A DNA stretch of 64,000 bases from Penicillus capitatus (GCA_965649825.1 OZ287695.1:62001-126000); one strand, 5' to 3'. Counted from the first letter of the stretch, positions 48,568-62,360 are shown. Numbers and translations: made by a program. Notes: a model not told the origin generated them from the letters alone.

Positions 48568-48684
48568 GACTGCTTGTTCTTCGACAACAAAGAGTGTTTC
48601 TGATGCAAAGCAAATTCGCAATGGGTAAGACAAAGGTGCGCAACAATGGTCACCGGGGACTCAAATCGACTATTTGAACATGCC

Positions 48685-48699
48685 AGAAGTTTCTAGAGG
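48685..48699. promoter_or_regulatory. Heat-shock element candidate (aGAAgtTTCtaGAGg) about 120 bp upstream of the HSP70 ATG
   Basis: Two perfect and one imperfect alternating nGAAn units in the expected position. Confidence 0.5.
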
Positions 48700-49614
48700 A
48701 CTCGACAGCTCCGATGACGAACAAGATGTGACAGATGCGACGGCTACGATGACCAGACCGTATCTGCGAGCATTTTCTAAATCTGTGCCGATTGCTAAAA
48801 CACAAAATGGACGGGCTACTTGTTTAACACCCGTATCTGTGCGTGTCCTTCAGAAGGTCGCACGTTGGGCTCCTACCACTTGAGATCTCGCCACTGTGTC
48901 TTTGGCACATGGAAATGGATGAAAGCATTCAAAAATGGGACATGGGAAGAGAACTGTTCTTCTCTTAAGAGGAGTGTATTTAGAACAACTGTCGTGAATA
49001 GACACATGTCTCTAGCTCTGGGCTTCGTCGTGCATAAGCTCTCTGCTGATGTGACATTTCCCGGCATTCACAACTCCGTGCTGGTTATAAGCAGCGATTA
49101 GATTTAGACGTCTTATTTTCTGCTGCTCGTGAAGAAGACACCCCTCTTTGAAGAAAGAGCATTTATGTGCTATGGACTCAATGACTGTGAATGCAGTTCT
49201 TAGCAAATTGGAGCTGTTATGATCCCCGTGCATTTGCTCGCTTCTTTGCAGATGAATTCAGAAGGCTTGATCAGCAAAAATATCTAACAAGACAACACGC
49301 ACTCCATTTACGAGAGACCCTGAGCAATCGCTCGTGGCCAGTCACATCATCCCCATCTCACACTTCTTTCGAGGCACACGCAGTAGGAGGTATCCTTCAA
49401 TTGCACAGAGATCTCAGGAAGGAGAGTATCTCTGTCTCTGTTCATCCAACATAGGTGCATGGATATCTCTCTATGTAGATCAGAACTGAGCTCACTCTTA
49501 ATGCCTTGAGGACACATCGTCCATGCAAGTGTCCGTCCGTCCCATCACCGTTTCATTCTTTTGCCTTCGCATGATCATCTTCGTCTGTTTTTTTCAACGT
49601 AACGGCGGTTTCAA

Positions 49615-51913
49615 ATGGAAATATCTATGCAACGCAACGATACTCAAGCCACAAGCATCCAAACAGAAACACACTGTTGGGGCTGGCTCGAGCCAAGTCG
49701 TTTGCCGATTCTCAGCCTCGGTTCCCTGGACAGACCGCTATCGTTGTCTCGTTAGGCTCCGTGCTTTTGCCTTTCGTACTGCTGACGGGCAACGGCACTG
49801 CCATCGGTCGAGGCAAAGAAGCATTCCAACAAAGAGTTCGTTCGGATGACCAGTCTTCCTCTTGGACGAACCAGTTGTTGGTTGAGAGGTATCGCATCGA
49901 CTATTACAGTCACATCACTCCATGCCATCTACTCACTCTCCTTATGTCCAGAAACAAGAACAGTGACCACTACGAGGGATTGGAATTCGTGGAAGTGGCA
50001 GACGGTCGTGTCAGTCGAGTGCATTGTGTTGTTCTTGGCAAGCAGACAGAACAGATAACAGAAGCTTTTCTCGAGGTGATGATGGTCCCCCTCATTCACG
50101 CACGAATCCGATCGAACACGATCAGGCCAGAAGAGATAGGAGATATGTGTGTTTGTTATGGGCAGGATTGCAGCTCTAATGGAACGTTTGTGAACAACCG
50201 AAAACTAGGAAAGGGAGAATCGGCTTTGTTGAATGACATGGATAAAATCTCATTAGTGATGTCGGTTGCTCCAATGGCGGAGCAGTATTTCATTTATCAC
50301 AAGGGGCATCCCTGTGATCAGGACATAAAGTGCTTTGAGTCCAAACGTAACGATCTCCTTTCCCTCTGAAGCACCCCTGAGACTGAAGGGTGTGTCGCAG
50401 GAAAAGCAGTTGTTGCTGCACAGAGAGATATTCAGATGTCCAAATCTCGCAGCTCTTTAGCAAAATGGCCAACCTGTAAGTATACGACAGCTGATCGATG
50501 CACACTAGAGGACTTGGAGTGTCAAATCTGTCTGAGCACATTGTCCTCATGTGTGACCATTGAACCATGTGGGCACAATTTCTGCGCCATATGCTTGTCG
50601 AATTACGTCAGCAGTCAGTTAGAGAACGGGGCACAAATGACGTGTCCGTTGAGATGTCCAGATCCGGAAAGATTTGTAAAGAACGAGATGGTACGAAATT
50701 TGATCGACAAAAAGAAGAGGGAGTCGCGAAACAGCCATCTACTCACGACAGAAGAAGAAGTCGACAATTTAATCGATGGTCTGCCTGTTCCTTCGAAACA
50801 GTACACGTCTGGATGTGTGCGTGTGTTGGTTGGCAGATGAATTGCAGACGATGTCTCCGAATTGTCCACTCTATGATGATCAGTTGCCTTTTGATGTACG
50901 ATGCTTGAAGACGCGGCAGGTGGATATCACACTGCAGAGATTGAAGTCGGATGATGCGACTCCAGAAGAGAAGAATCATTGTCTGGAGCTCATTGCCCGG
51001 TTGTGTTGGAGCGATGACGTGGCTCGAAAAAACGTGGCAGATGCTTCAGGCATTGCACTGATCAAAAAGGTCAGAACACGGACAATACATTCTTGGTGAA
51101 TGGAGTGGATCGGTGGGATGACTGTCGTTGCTGTAGACAATGGAGAGAACGTTGGATAACGAGGCTGTTCAGTGCAACAGCTGCTTGGCATTAATGGCAT
51201 TGGTGCGTGGAGAAGGCAGCGTTTGTCAGTGGAATCAGTGGGAAATTGCTCGGAGTGGCACCGTAGAGGCAATTGGTGAAGCGATGCGCACCTATCGGTC
51301 AAACTCAATGGTCCAACTCAGTGCCATGCTCTGCTTCATTCCACTGGCCCTGGATAACCCAGTCATGCAAGCGCATCTGACGCAGAGCATTCTGCCAGAT
51401 ATTTTGAGTGCGCTGGACAATCATCGCAGCGAATGCGATGTGCAATGCAAAGGTCTCATTGTGTTGGGAATTCTTGCCCAGGGGGAAGATGCACTCCACG
51501 ATGCCATCTGCGATCGCCAGATGGAGGCTGGCATGACGAAACGCATTATTGCAGCCTTGCGAAATTTTGGATCGTCGAACGAAGAAGTGTTCTGGGGTGC
51601 ACTCTTTGCAATGGCCACCTTGGCAAATGAATCGCGTAGCCGTTTTGCAGATGTCTGCAGATCTCTGAGCGGCAGTGGTGTTCTGAAACTGCTGAACGAG
51701 GTATTGAAAACGTACCAGGAACGCATGAGCTGCAGCAATCAGCTCGTCGACGAGACCATCATGGCCGCAGGAAGATATCTGATCGCTGTCATTTCGGCGG
51801 CCAATCGTCGAAGACGGCAGGAATGGAACACTGTTCTCCTGGGTGGATTCGGATTGAGCCTCTTGGTCGGGTCCATATGTGTGTTTATGAACTTCAAGAA
51901 ACGTTCGAGCTGA
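49615..51913 (+). CDS. FHA - RING(C3HC4) - ARM-like repeats - C-terminal TM protein (CHFR-like N-half)
   Basis: FHA motifs AIGRG, VSRVHC, DCSSNGTFVN. RING CQIC...CVTIEPCGHNFCAIC...CPLRC. ARM-like helices (AVQCNSCLALMALV, MVQLSAMLCFIPLA, DVQCKGLIVLGILA). Tail VLLGGFGLSLLVGSICVFMNFKKRSS*. Confidence 0.85.
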
Positions 51914-52031
51914 TCAGGATGTCCTGTAATCACCAATTGTGTTGCTTTGTTTATTATTTCTTTGTTTGAAAATCAGAAGCTTAACAAGCAAAACAGCATT
52001 GAGAGCGTCTCATGGGCAGTCAGATGTCTTA

Positions 52032-54653
52032 TCATGGCATGGGCTCATCAGGTTCAACAGCAGTACTGTCCGTCGATGGATGTTGTTCATGCGTTCCTTG
52101 GGTGTTCAGATAAACAGCTGTGCTCAGATCTATTCTGTCCAGACGAACGGTTCCCAACAGGGATTCTGGTAATTCCTGTTGCGTTTTGCCTTCCAGAACG
52201 ATGGCTAAATCCACGACAAGTGTCTTTGTGACACCAGAAACCATATTGACGACTGTCGCAGCAGTGTAGGAGGATCCCACGTCGACATCAACTTCGATAT
52301 ACTTTGCCGACTTGAAATAATACTGCTTGAGCTTCTTTCCCAAGAGAACAGGAGTGCTGCCAACACTCTGACGAATAATGAAGCTCCCCTTGACAATGTG
52401 CGGAATCAACTTGAACGATGCATTTCTCACTTCATCATCACCAGTGAAAAATCTAGACAGCGACAGTACCCCCTGTCAGATGGCGATGAGCAAGGGAGAG
52501 GAACCTCATGAGCGTCAGATCAAAGGGAGGTAGTTCATGTTCGGCTTCTGTCGAAATATCGCCCTCTTCTAAACTCATAGATGTGCTGTCGAGGGAGTGA
52601 CTGTCATCTCTGGATCCCCATGTTAACACCAAGGCCAGATGCGGAGGGCCTGGGACCATGATCTGGACGACAAAGGAGAAAGCGGATGGACTATTCTGAA
52701 CGGATGGCAGATGCTGAGCGATGTGCTGTGTGGGCTGATCAAGCTTCACTAAATCGACAGCGATAAGCGAGAATACAGGCTCTGGTGCTAGAATCTTTTT
52801 CTTGTCGATGAGATAATTTCGTCCTCTCACTCGGTACCCTGCCGCTCCGGGACACATCCAGAAGGCCGGATCACATGTGCCCGTCGTTGTCGTCATGTCC
52901 AGAGCGACGGAGGGTTCACGGACCGCTTGTGAAGACTCAATCTGTGTCGACTGCCGACTTACCAGTCCAGAAAGGTCTTCTTGATCTCTTCTTGTCCAGT
53001 TACACAAAGAAGATGCCGGTCGAAAAAATCCGGCACATGTACCTTGAGGGATCGGCGCGGTATCTGAAGAGAATGGAGTGCTGACGAAGCGAGACTGCTC
53101 GACTCGATCCTTCAGTGTGACAACAGACATGAGCAGGGACTCAATCCATGCTTCTCTGATCCCAGATAGACGCATCATAAGGTTCATTGGGTGAGAAGGC
53201 GAGAGAATGCCTCCTAGATCAATTTTCAAAACCATGGTGAGCAGTGCCTCTGGAGATTCCTTGGAATTGTTGAAATATTTATCTTGCAATGGTGCTACAG
53301 TGAACACGCATGCCAACACCTAGAACACAAACAGTAGCACTGCACCGTCATACTGTCAGGCTTGTAGACATCACCTGTGCCCGAACAGGGTTCCACATGC
53401 ATTCGCCCATTGTTTCGCACGGCTGGTCTCTGGCCTCCTCTGCGAAGAACTTGTCTGAGCTCTTCATCATGACAATATACGTTCCATCCTCCTCCTCCTT
53501 TCTCCAGTTACGATCCAAGACAATCTCTCTTGGAGCCAAAAGACATGCCAGACGTCCTTGCAGCACAAAACGGCTGTGAACGAAGTCAGCGTCTTCGTTA
53601 ATCTTGTCGAGGATATTCATATCGAGGAATCCAGTGCTGCGAATCGATGCATCTTTGCTGCTGTCCATCAATGCATCGAAGACAGTCGTGGGTGTGGCAC
53701 GTACAATACAAGACACCATAAATGCTTCGACCCCCTGGCTAGGGTCATCTTCTCTGTAAATTGCTAATCCGTTGACCAATTTCCACGGACTCCAAAATCC
53801 ATAGGGTCGAGAACGAGCACTTGAACTTGTGCCAGGTTCTTGCGGCAATTGTCCACTAGCTGCGGATGAGTTGAAAGAAAATGTCCGAGATAGATCCTCT
53901 TCTACCTGCAGAACAGAACACAGAGTGCCATTCACATGCGAATCTTCTGCCGTGATGTCAGCAGAGACTTGTACATCATGAAACGAATTATTGCTCTGTA
54001 TGTGTGATAGACCCTTGGTGTGCGGATCCTCATTCTGTGGCGCAAAGTCTGATTCAGTGTCAAGTTGTTTGTCTTTCTTGTTCTTGGATGCAGCTTTCTG
54101 AGCAGCGTGCTGAGGCGAATCCATGGGCATCGGCATGGGAGGAGAGGAGATTTCAGCATCTTCTGCTATCATGGCCAGTCGCTCGATGCTCGTCAGAAAT
54201 GCTGTCTGCCATCGAGCAGCAGTTGTCTCGGTTTCGAATCCCAGTATCAATCGAGTACTCTTGTTTGATCGCGATTGACCATGAACTGGCCAAGAAACTG
54301 AAAACTGATACTGTCAAACACACATCCGAGTGTCAGAGTGCGAAAAGGGAATGCAGGTGACGGACTCCATCGATTTTTTCATATTTCCCAGCCACAATGG
54401 CGACAAAGGTGTTCTTTCCTTTGGCCCTCACGAGAATATCGCGTTGGTCGAGTTGACTGACTTCGCATCGTGCATGTAGGGGATATACAGCTGAAGGTTC
54501 TTTGTCTTCGCGCTGTCGAAAAGAATGAAAGATGTCCTTCTCCAGTATGCCAAAACGGCGACAGGCGACGGCATTGACAACTTCGCTGCCCTTCAAAACC
54601 CATCCAGAGATTCTGTCTTCTGTTTTCGTGACATCTTCCGACACTATCGTCAT
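52032..54653 (-). CDS. EDR2: EDR2-like PH - START - DUF1336 protein
   Basis: PH (ISGWVLK...FGIL), START (WKLVNGLAIYRE...APREIVLDRNWRKEEEDGTYIV), DUF1336 (GYRVRGRNYL, FKLIPHIVKGSFIIRQSVG, YIEVDVDVGSS, ELPESLLG). Confidence 0.9.
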
Positions 54654-54778
54654 GATAATCTCAAGAAATCGTTTGCAGAGGCGAGAAATGAAATAGTGAA
54701 CGAAAATTCTGTAAGTGCGATAGGAACTGTCACATCACGAGACACGCACTAGGAGAGCCCAGCGGAACCGAGCTGACA

Positions 54779-56634
54779 TGTGGCATATGTTGCCGCCGAC
54801 CGCGGCCTCCTACCAACGCGTGATCTTTGCGCGATCCAAGTAGTAGAGATCATGACACTCCAGTGACGATGCGCGAGTGGAGAACAGGTCTCCAGCGACG
54901 CGTGGTCGTGTCGTTGCTCGGAAAGTCCAACCAGTCGTCCTCAAAGTCGCTCAAAAAGTGCGACGTTGAGAGGTGGTGATGAAATCTGGCTTCATGCAAC
55001 GCGTCTGTAGGTTGGACAGGCGGCTTCGGCCTTTATGGTGTCAGGTCTTCTTCTGTGTGGATCTGTCGACGCTGTATCTACGGAGAATCTTCTTTTCTTG
55101 GAGGCATGGAGAGGCGTCAACCGTGCTTACGTCGACAAAGGATTCAATCATCAAAACTGGCTACAAGTTCGTGTCTGCACTAGCATCCGATGATCAATGC
55201 ATGAGCATTAGCTCAGAGAGAATTATTTGAGGAAAGAGCCGATGGCAAACCGACAGCAAACATACCTGGCGATCGAGAAAATGCTCTCGACACTGAGCGA
55301 TCCCTTCACCAGATTTCTCGATCCTGCAAAGTTTGCTGCCCTTAAAGGAGGCACAAGAGGTATCTCTGTCTGCTGTCCTCAGAAACATTCCAGTGTATCA
55401 TACCCATCGCATGTGTGTGGTAGGTGTGGTGACAGGTGTCGGCTTAGAGGTGGCTTACGCTGCTGGCAAAGATGGAAGGATGGAGCTCATGGTGGATGCA
55501 TTTTTCCGTTATACCTCCGGAGAGCTTATTCTCTGTCTAGGTGGTGGCTCCGGCGCCAAGGAGTCCTGCCGATCGCGAAGGCGTGACGCCGGGCGATGTT
55601 CTTTTAGAGATCGACGGCGTTCCGACTGAGAACGAATCTTTGTATACGGTCGGAGACAAACTACAAGGAGATCGGGGAACAGAGGTACTATATTGACAAT
55701 TAGAATATATCTTCTGCATTGCTGATATTGTTTCAGTAGGTATCACTGACATTGCGAAAGAAACAAGGCACCATTGAAACAGTCACAATGAAGAGGTGAT
55801 GCGCCTTCATCATTTTTCGCAGTTTAGAGTATAGACGACGATGGACGACAATGGTGGATGTGTACAAAGGGAGGAAGTCGTCTTCAATCCCGTCGTCTAC
55901 AAGTACTGTACTGGAATGCCAGGTGTGAGAGACGCAGAGGATGGCAATCTTGGATATGTCCAGATTCTGCGATTCACCAGCCAGACGCCAAACGATGTGG
56001 AACGGGCTGTTCGATCGCTCAAGGTGCTCTTCCTCTTCGGCTCGTTTCCAGAAAACGGCATAAGTTTCCGCAGGCCAAAGGCATCGATCGTATTTTGTTG
56101 GACCTTAGAAACAATGGCGGCGGCTCTTTTCCAGCAGGTTTCTCTTCAGTCACGTTTTGCAAAGTATGATGACAGATTCTGTTTGTTGCAGGCATTGCTG
56201 TATCCAGAATGTTTCTGGATCAGGGTGATGTTGTGCTGATTGCCGACACAGAGGGCGTTCGAGACATTGTTTCGGCAGAAGGCACTTCTTTGGACAGCAC
56301 TACACCTCTCACAGTCCTCGTTAACAAAGGGACTGCCAGTGCCTCGGAGGTGTTTTCTGGTGCCATTCAAGACAATGGACGAGGCGTTATTGTCGGGGAA
56401 TCGACCACCTTTGGGAAAGGGCTTATTCAGACGCTTATTCCACTATCTGATGGCTCAGCCATCACGGTTACAACAGCAAAGTACCAAACACCATTAGGAC
56501 AAGACATTAACGGAATTGGGATTCAACCCGACGTCCTCTTGCCTTCAGATTCAAGAATGCCATTTGGTGATGAAGCCAGATTCTGTGATCTCTTAAAGCA
56601 ATCGAAATCAGAGGCCTCACTCTTCAAACAATAA
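54779..56634 (+). CDS. CTPA: C-terminal processing peptidase S41A (D1 protease CtpA)
   Basis: MLSTLSDPFTRFL, VTGVGLE, PDZ segment, DLRNNGGGSF, NKGTASASEVFSGA, TFGKGLIQ; start uncertain. Confidence 0.93.
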
Positions 56635-57028
56635 CATATGTGCTTGACAACAAACCACCCTTTACATCGCACTTATGTTTATCGTTTGGATCTTATGAGG
56701 GTTGAAGAGATATTTAACCTGGTTGGCCGCTACCTTCCCCTTGCACACACATCAAATGTCAAAGCGTCAAAAAACGAATGACCACAACACGCGCGGAATA
56801 AACTCTACTGCTGAAGCACCCCTTGCATTTGCCTTCCAGTTCTTTATTGGAAGATTCGCTTTAGCATTTTGGAGGAATTGCTCCAAGATCCATATATGGG
56901 AGGAGATCAGATGCATACACACGCAGATTTCATGAACAAAAAACCGAAAGGCGGGGGTATGGAGTAAACGGCAACGTAATGTCCTTCCACCTAGTTCTTC
57001 TAACGTTCCCGAGTTGAGAATTACAATG

Positions 57029-57044
57029 AACGAACGAACGAACG
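57029..57044. repeat. (AACG)4 microsatellite
   Basis: Seen directly. Confidence 0.85.
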
Positions 57045-57083
57045 ATAGAGAAATAAAACACAACAGATGAGATAGAAAGTAGA

Positions 57084-58404
57084 CTAGGTCTCGAGTCGCT
57101 GCAGACACGAAGGACATCGCGTGTCCACCTGTTTCCATGCTTGACAACAAGTGGTGTGCATATATTCACCGCATAACGAAGTGACAAAATCATCCGTCTC
57201 TATTCTCGAGCGACAAACAACACATTGTCGATAAGACTTCATTGGCACAGACTGTAACATCAGCCGATGCCATTTGCCTGGCGTCCGGCACTTGGTAGGA
57301 TCGCAACGCACATACTCATCCCCAGTCTACATACATCCACGATGAGCAGGATTTGAAGAAAGAGAGAGGCGGGAGAGTGACTTGTCGCGATATCGTTCGG
57401 ACGGTGAGCATGCGTTCACCACTCTTCTTCACTCCCTGTATTCTCCATGCACAGTCATGGAATCCAGCATTCTCAATATGCATGGGCTCTTTGCAACTTG
57501 GGCATGGGGCCTCATCGACACACATGTCAAAAACTTCGTGTCCGAGAGCGTAGATGGCGCGCTGACCAAAACAACGACAGGAGGGTGTAATGCACACGCC
57601 CTCGATGTTTAGTCCGCTCACGATCTCGCAATGCATCAACTCCTGAATACACAAGCACGCACATGCTCAGTCATCACTCGCCCTCTACACGACGGATAGA
57701 CCATGGATGCTCACTTTGTTTTGTTTTGATCTGTGAACCTGTTCTACGAGATGCCTTGAGAATTGAACATATTTAGAAGATTCCTCAATGTCCGTTTGCG
57801 TTTCATGCAGTAACATCATCGAAGTGGGGCTTCGTTTTGTGATGTCTGATAGTGAAGCGACTCCACTTACAGTCTTATTATTGACTAAGAGATGTTGATC
57901 TTCCGGAGAAAACCCAAATCGATGATCAATGATGTCCTTAAGTGAGAAAAACGTCAAAGAGGGAGGAACCTGTGCAGGTCAGTCAGTAACGCCATCTCAG
58001 TCATAGAGGTGATGAGAAATGGGAGAGGTGACCATGAGGACGATTTTCTTGGAATCGTTGTTAATGTCCAATGCTATCCTTGGTTGACCAGTGTCTATCG
58101 CTTCCATCAGACGGCCCTGCCATAATCCATCTGAACCCAGTCCTCTGTAGTAATCCACAGATCGCGAAGGGGAGCATCGGACTCCTCGATAATAGATACT
58201 GAGGACGGTGCGTTGTGCAAAGCGCCTCAGAGTCGCTTTGAGACTGGCAATTTTTTCTGAGGGCCGAACGACGACTGAGACGAGAGAAAGACGGACATCG
58301 CCGTTCCCGACAGTCCTTCTGAAAGACTTATCCACAAGAACGACCTTGAGTTCTATGCCGGGTTCCTCCTCTCCACCCTTGTCGGATTTGCTCCTTCTTG
58401 ACAT
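57084..58404 (-). CDS. Ubiquitin-like domain(s) - Cys-rich domain - variant RING-H2 protein
   Basis: Ubl KIVLM|VPPSLTFFSLKDIIDHRFGFSPEDQHLLVN, preceded by a second Ubl-like unit (VVVRPSEKIASLK...LSIYYRG). Cys-rich GLNIEGVCITPSC...CPSC...GFHDCAWRIQG. RING CVVC...CGEYMHTTC...CPSC. Confidence 0.75.
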
Positions 58405-58869
58405 GACAAGGACTTTAAAACGAGGCGAGGGACTCTGAAATGAATGCGTCGATGCTGTGTGCTGTGATGCGTATTCGAAATCACGGCTATTGTGGAGGAA
58501 GAGAATGAAAAGCGGCGTGACACATGAAACAATGCACACAACGCAGACGAATGCGTCAACTGTGACCTTAATGCACTGTCTGCCTGGACGTAGCTGTACG
58601 ACACACATTCGCAATGGATAGCGAGCGCATCCCCGCCCTGTATGGACTGCTCCCTCTGTCGATGCATCTCGAGAATAGCGGTGACGCTGCAGGACGGCGA
58701 AAGACAAAGTCCTGTACAGGAAACTGAGTATGAAGAGGCGGCAGTCGAAGCCGAAACCCCCAAAGGGACGCAGTCGTACGGACGCTCTGCTCTCAGGGCT
58801 GTCGAAGGATGAAGGAGAACTTGCTAAACAAGTCATTGCCGGCACCAACTTCGTCGCAGGCAGAACACG

Positions 58870-60704
58870 ATGACATGCCATGATTGTGTTGCTGAGGAAT
58901 TTATGGATGATCATTTAGAATCTGGCAGAATGTTGGGTTGTCGAGAAGACAAGATGGCATTCTTCGAGCAGGAGGACTTTGATTTGGATCAGTTTGCAGA
59001 ACTGCATATGGTCAATCTTACGGAGAAGGGGATCGGAACACTCAAAGGGGATCTAGCAGCTTTGCAGAACAAGTGCGAAGACGATGTCGGTATCAGAAAT
59101 GTGCTTGATTGCTAGTCTGGAGTATCGTGTGTCTGTGATAGGCTCAAAGCGCTATACATGGCAACTATGCTGTGTTTGTGGATGCCTGCAATGGAGTGGC
59201 GGAGGTGGATGCTCAGTTTCAGCATCTTCGTGTGTTGGTGACAGGCACAACATCTCTCACCAATGAACTCAAAAGAGCCATACAAACGCCTGTGATGCGT
59301 CCACTAGCAGACCTGTCCGATGGACTCTTTGCTGCTTCGAGAGAACTCTCCAACACAGCGCATTTGAGAATTGCAAAGGCTTTGGAAGAGCTGGACGTTG
59401 CCATTGCAGAAAGAGATTTTCCCGTTGCGAAGAAACTACTATTGGAGTCCGACAAGGAAATGCAGAATGTCCGTCTGTTTGTCTAGATGAGTGATGTCTT
59501 AATAGTCAAGGGTGTCATACTTCTTTTAGGCAACAGGAATGGAGGATTTGCTCTCTCTGGAGTGTTCCGTGGATGAAAGGCGTCAAACCATCGTGCAGTT
59601 GCTCGAAAACCAACTTCAGGATCCCACATTGGGAACCAGCGATCAGCACGTGCTGCTCCAGATCTTGGCCTCTGTCGCTGGAGATGTTCACGCTCTGTCC
59701 TTTCTTCTGTCGTGGCACTCGGCGCAAATTCACAATGATCTGCAGCAACTTCCAAAACCACACAGAACAGGTGAGCCATCTTTCAACAAGAGGTGCTGTG
59801 TTTTCATGGATACTGCAGGGGAGAGCGAAAATGAAGGTGCCGACTATTCAGGGAGTCTGTCGCAGTGCAGTTTCCACGGCATTGGCCTGGCTGTTGAGAA
59901 TTTTCGTTCTGTCTATGGATCCACTGCTGCAGCACCCCTGTGTTCCATTTTGACACAGTGGGCAGAATGCGAGGCAAAGAAATGTGCAGAAGCTATTCAG
60001 AACAATGCCCTTTCGGCATTCGCTGGACTCTCTTCGGTAGTCAGTAGTGTTGCCATGTCGCTTGTCTACGCGCATGCTCTCAAGAACACGCATTCCATCA
60101 ACCTCGTCACCGTTCTACGAAAGGTCTTTTGGCCAACCATCGAAGGTTATGATCCACTCGATGTCGCCAATCTCGTGTCTGTCTGATTTCTGCATGACTG
60201 ACAGGCTTCGTTGCGAAGTATTTCGAATCCACAGGAGAGGAGATATCCATCATGGTGCACGACGAGATGGTTGTCTTGCTGACAACTTCATCTCCTTGGG
60301 ATCGGCACGCATCTCCTTCCAGCCAAGCTTTACTGGACAGTGCACAGCTGATTGTGGATCGTGTGCGATACCTCTGCTCTGTCTTGCGACCGCTATGGAC
60401 AACACACATACGCAACTCTCTACGGCAGGGCATTCGATCTCTCTTTGACCTCTTCGTTGACGCCTTGGCGAATGATGTTCGAGAGAAAGCGGCTGATGGG
60501 GTGTCGATGAAGATCATTGATCGAATTTCGGAGTGGCTGATGACAGTCATTGCGAATCTGGTCGAAGATCTGATACCCAAAGAGATCTCTCCTCTCGAGA
60601 ACAAAGTGGGATCGATTCTGTCAAAGAGAGAGATTCAGAAGACAGTGGACAAAGCAGCTCAAAAATTTGGTCTGGAGCAAGTGGAAGGGGCTGCATTGAC
60701 TTGA
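58870..60704 (+). CDS. EXO84: Exocyst subunit EXO84
   Basis: NLTEKGIGTL...AIHGNYAVFVDAC (Vps51/Exo84 N-terminal motif), followed by helical Exo84_C-type exons with GT-AG introns. Confidence 0.85.
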
Positions 60705-60817
60705 TGCAACCGCATCTATCATTTGTTTCATGTCCACGGTGCATGGAACAAACATTTGTTGGGAGTGACGTACACAGTGTTCTCGGAAAAGAAAACAGAC
60801 ATCCTTCCCCTCCTTCT

Positions 60818-62267
60818 CTAGATAGAGCCGAATTCAGTCGCCCATTTCTCGTATCTCTCCGCGTTTCTGACAGAGGGATTCGATTTCTCTATCGCTTTGC
60901 AAAAATCCTCCATGGTCACGATTGCGTTCGATGATCCGCTCTCTCTGAACTTTATCATCTCTTCTGGGGACTTGCCTTCCATCCACTTGCGCACGAACAT
61001 CATCGAAGCATCCTTGCAAACCAGACGAAGATCGGCACCGCTGTAACCGTCCAAACGCTCAGCGATGGCTTCGATGTTCACGTCCTCCGAGCACCGCACG
61101 TCCTGCGAGACAAAGAACGCTTGGCGGGTGCTCTTCGATTGCCAGTGCATCGACTTGAAGGTAGAGGCGAAGAGCGGACACCCTGGCAGTAGCATCCGGC
61201 AGCGGAATGTGGATGCGCTTCTCGAAACGACGGAGAACTGCTTCGTCGATGTCCCAGGGGCAGTTGCTGGTCGCCAGAACCACGACATGCGCAGCCCCGC
61301 TCGTCACCCCGTCCATCTACACCGTGCTCTATCTCTCTGGCAACGCGTTCCTCGCGAGACGAGGCAACCAACGCACTTGCTGTAACACTTCCGATTTGAA
61401 TCTTCGACTTGCTTCGTGCTCGTCGACCGTTCCCCGTTTGGAGATCAAGGCGTCTGCCTCGTCGAAGAAGACGATGGATGGAGCCGCCTTCCGCGCCGCC
61501 GAGAAAACGGCCCGAACCAGTTTCTCGCTGTCGCCTCTGTACTTGGACGTCAGTGCGGAACTGGGACAGTTGAAGAAACGAATCGAGTCTGTGCTGGCCA
61601 GCGCCTTCGCCAGAAGCGTCTTTCCTGTTCCCGCCGGTCCGAAGAGCAGGACGCCTTTCCAGGGTTCGCGTAACCCAGTGAAGAAGTCTGGCATCAACAA
61701 GGGGAGGGTGATCGCTTCGGTCAGCAGCCTCTTGGCGCCGTCCAACCCAGCAACGCTGTCGAACGTGATGCGCTCTGCAGCAGAGGGCAGAAGAATGCTC
61801 CGCTCGACGGCGTCATTCATCGGGGCGTCTTCTGGCGCTGTCCGATCATCTTCGCTCGGATCGCTCCTCTTCGAGTTTCGTCTGCTCAAGCTTCGACTTC
61901 GACGAAGCCTGACGCACTTGGCGTTTGCAGCAATGTGCGTGCGGGGTGCAAGGCGACCTGATGTTCGTCAGCGGAGTGTGGGCACACCTGGATGCCGCCG
62001 GTGAGATTCCCGAGCGTCGGAGGGAATCCACCCGTCCGAAAGTCACGTCCGAGGTGCTCTGCAGGTGACACCCACCCTCAGTTCAAAACCTTCTCGCCTT
62101 GCTGCAAGCCTTACGCGTCGGAGGTCGACGTGCGAGCTGCTTCCGCGTGATAATGCGTACGGTTCTGATGTTTGTCGGAGGCTTTCGTAGATTGCCTGCG
62201 ACATCTCTGAAGCATACGGCTTCGCGATTCTCCTCACCTTTTGCAGCTCGGGATCGGCGCTGTCCAT
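60818..62267 (-). CDS. Katanin p60-like AAA ATPase, copy B
   Basis: Same motifs and introns as copy A; 9 amino-acid differences in the AAA region. Confidence 0.9.
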
Positions 62268-62360
62268 TCTAATGGCAGACGATGCGATTCGACGACACGC
62301 ACGCAGTTACGTGTTTCGTCACCTCTTCCCCATTCCCAAGAGGTCACATCTTGACTCAGC

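Noticed and set aside
48800-49500. Short ORFs between HSP70 and the FHA gene
   Set aside because: Interrupted in all frames with no motif; treated as promoter or decayed sequence.
18087-57044. Two (AACG)n tracts as a dispersed element
   Set aside because: The flanks share no similarity; they are independent microsatellites.
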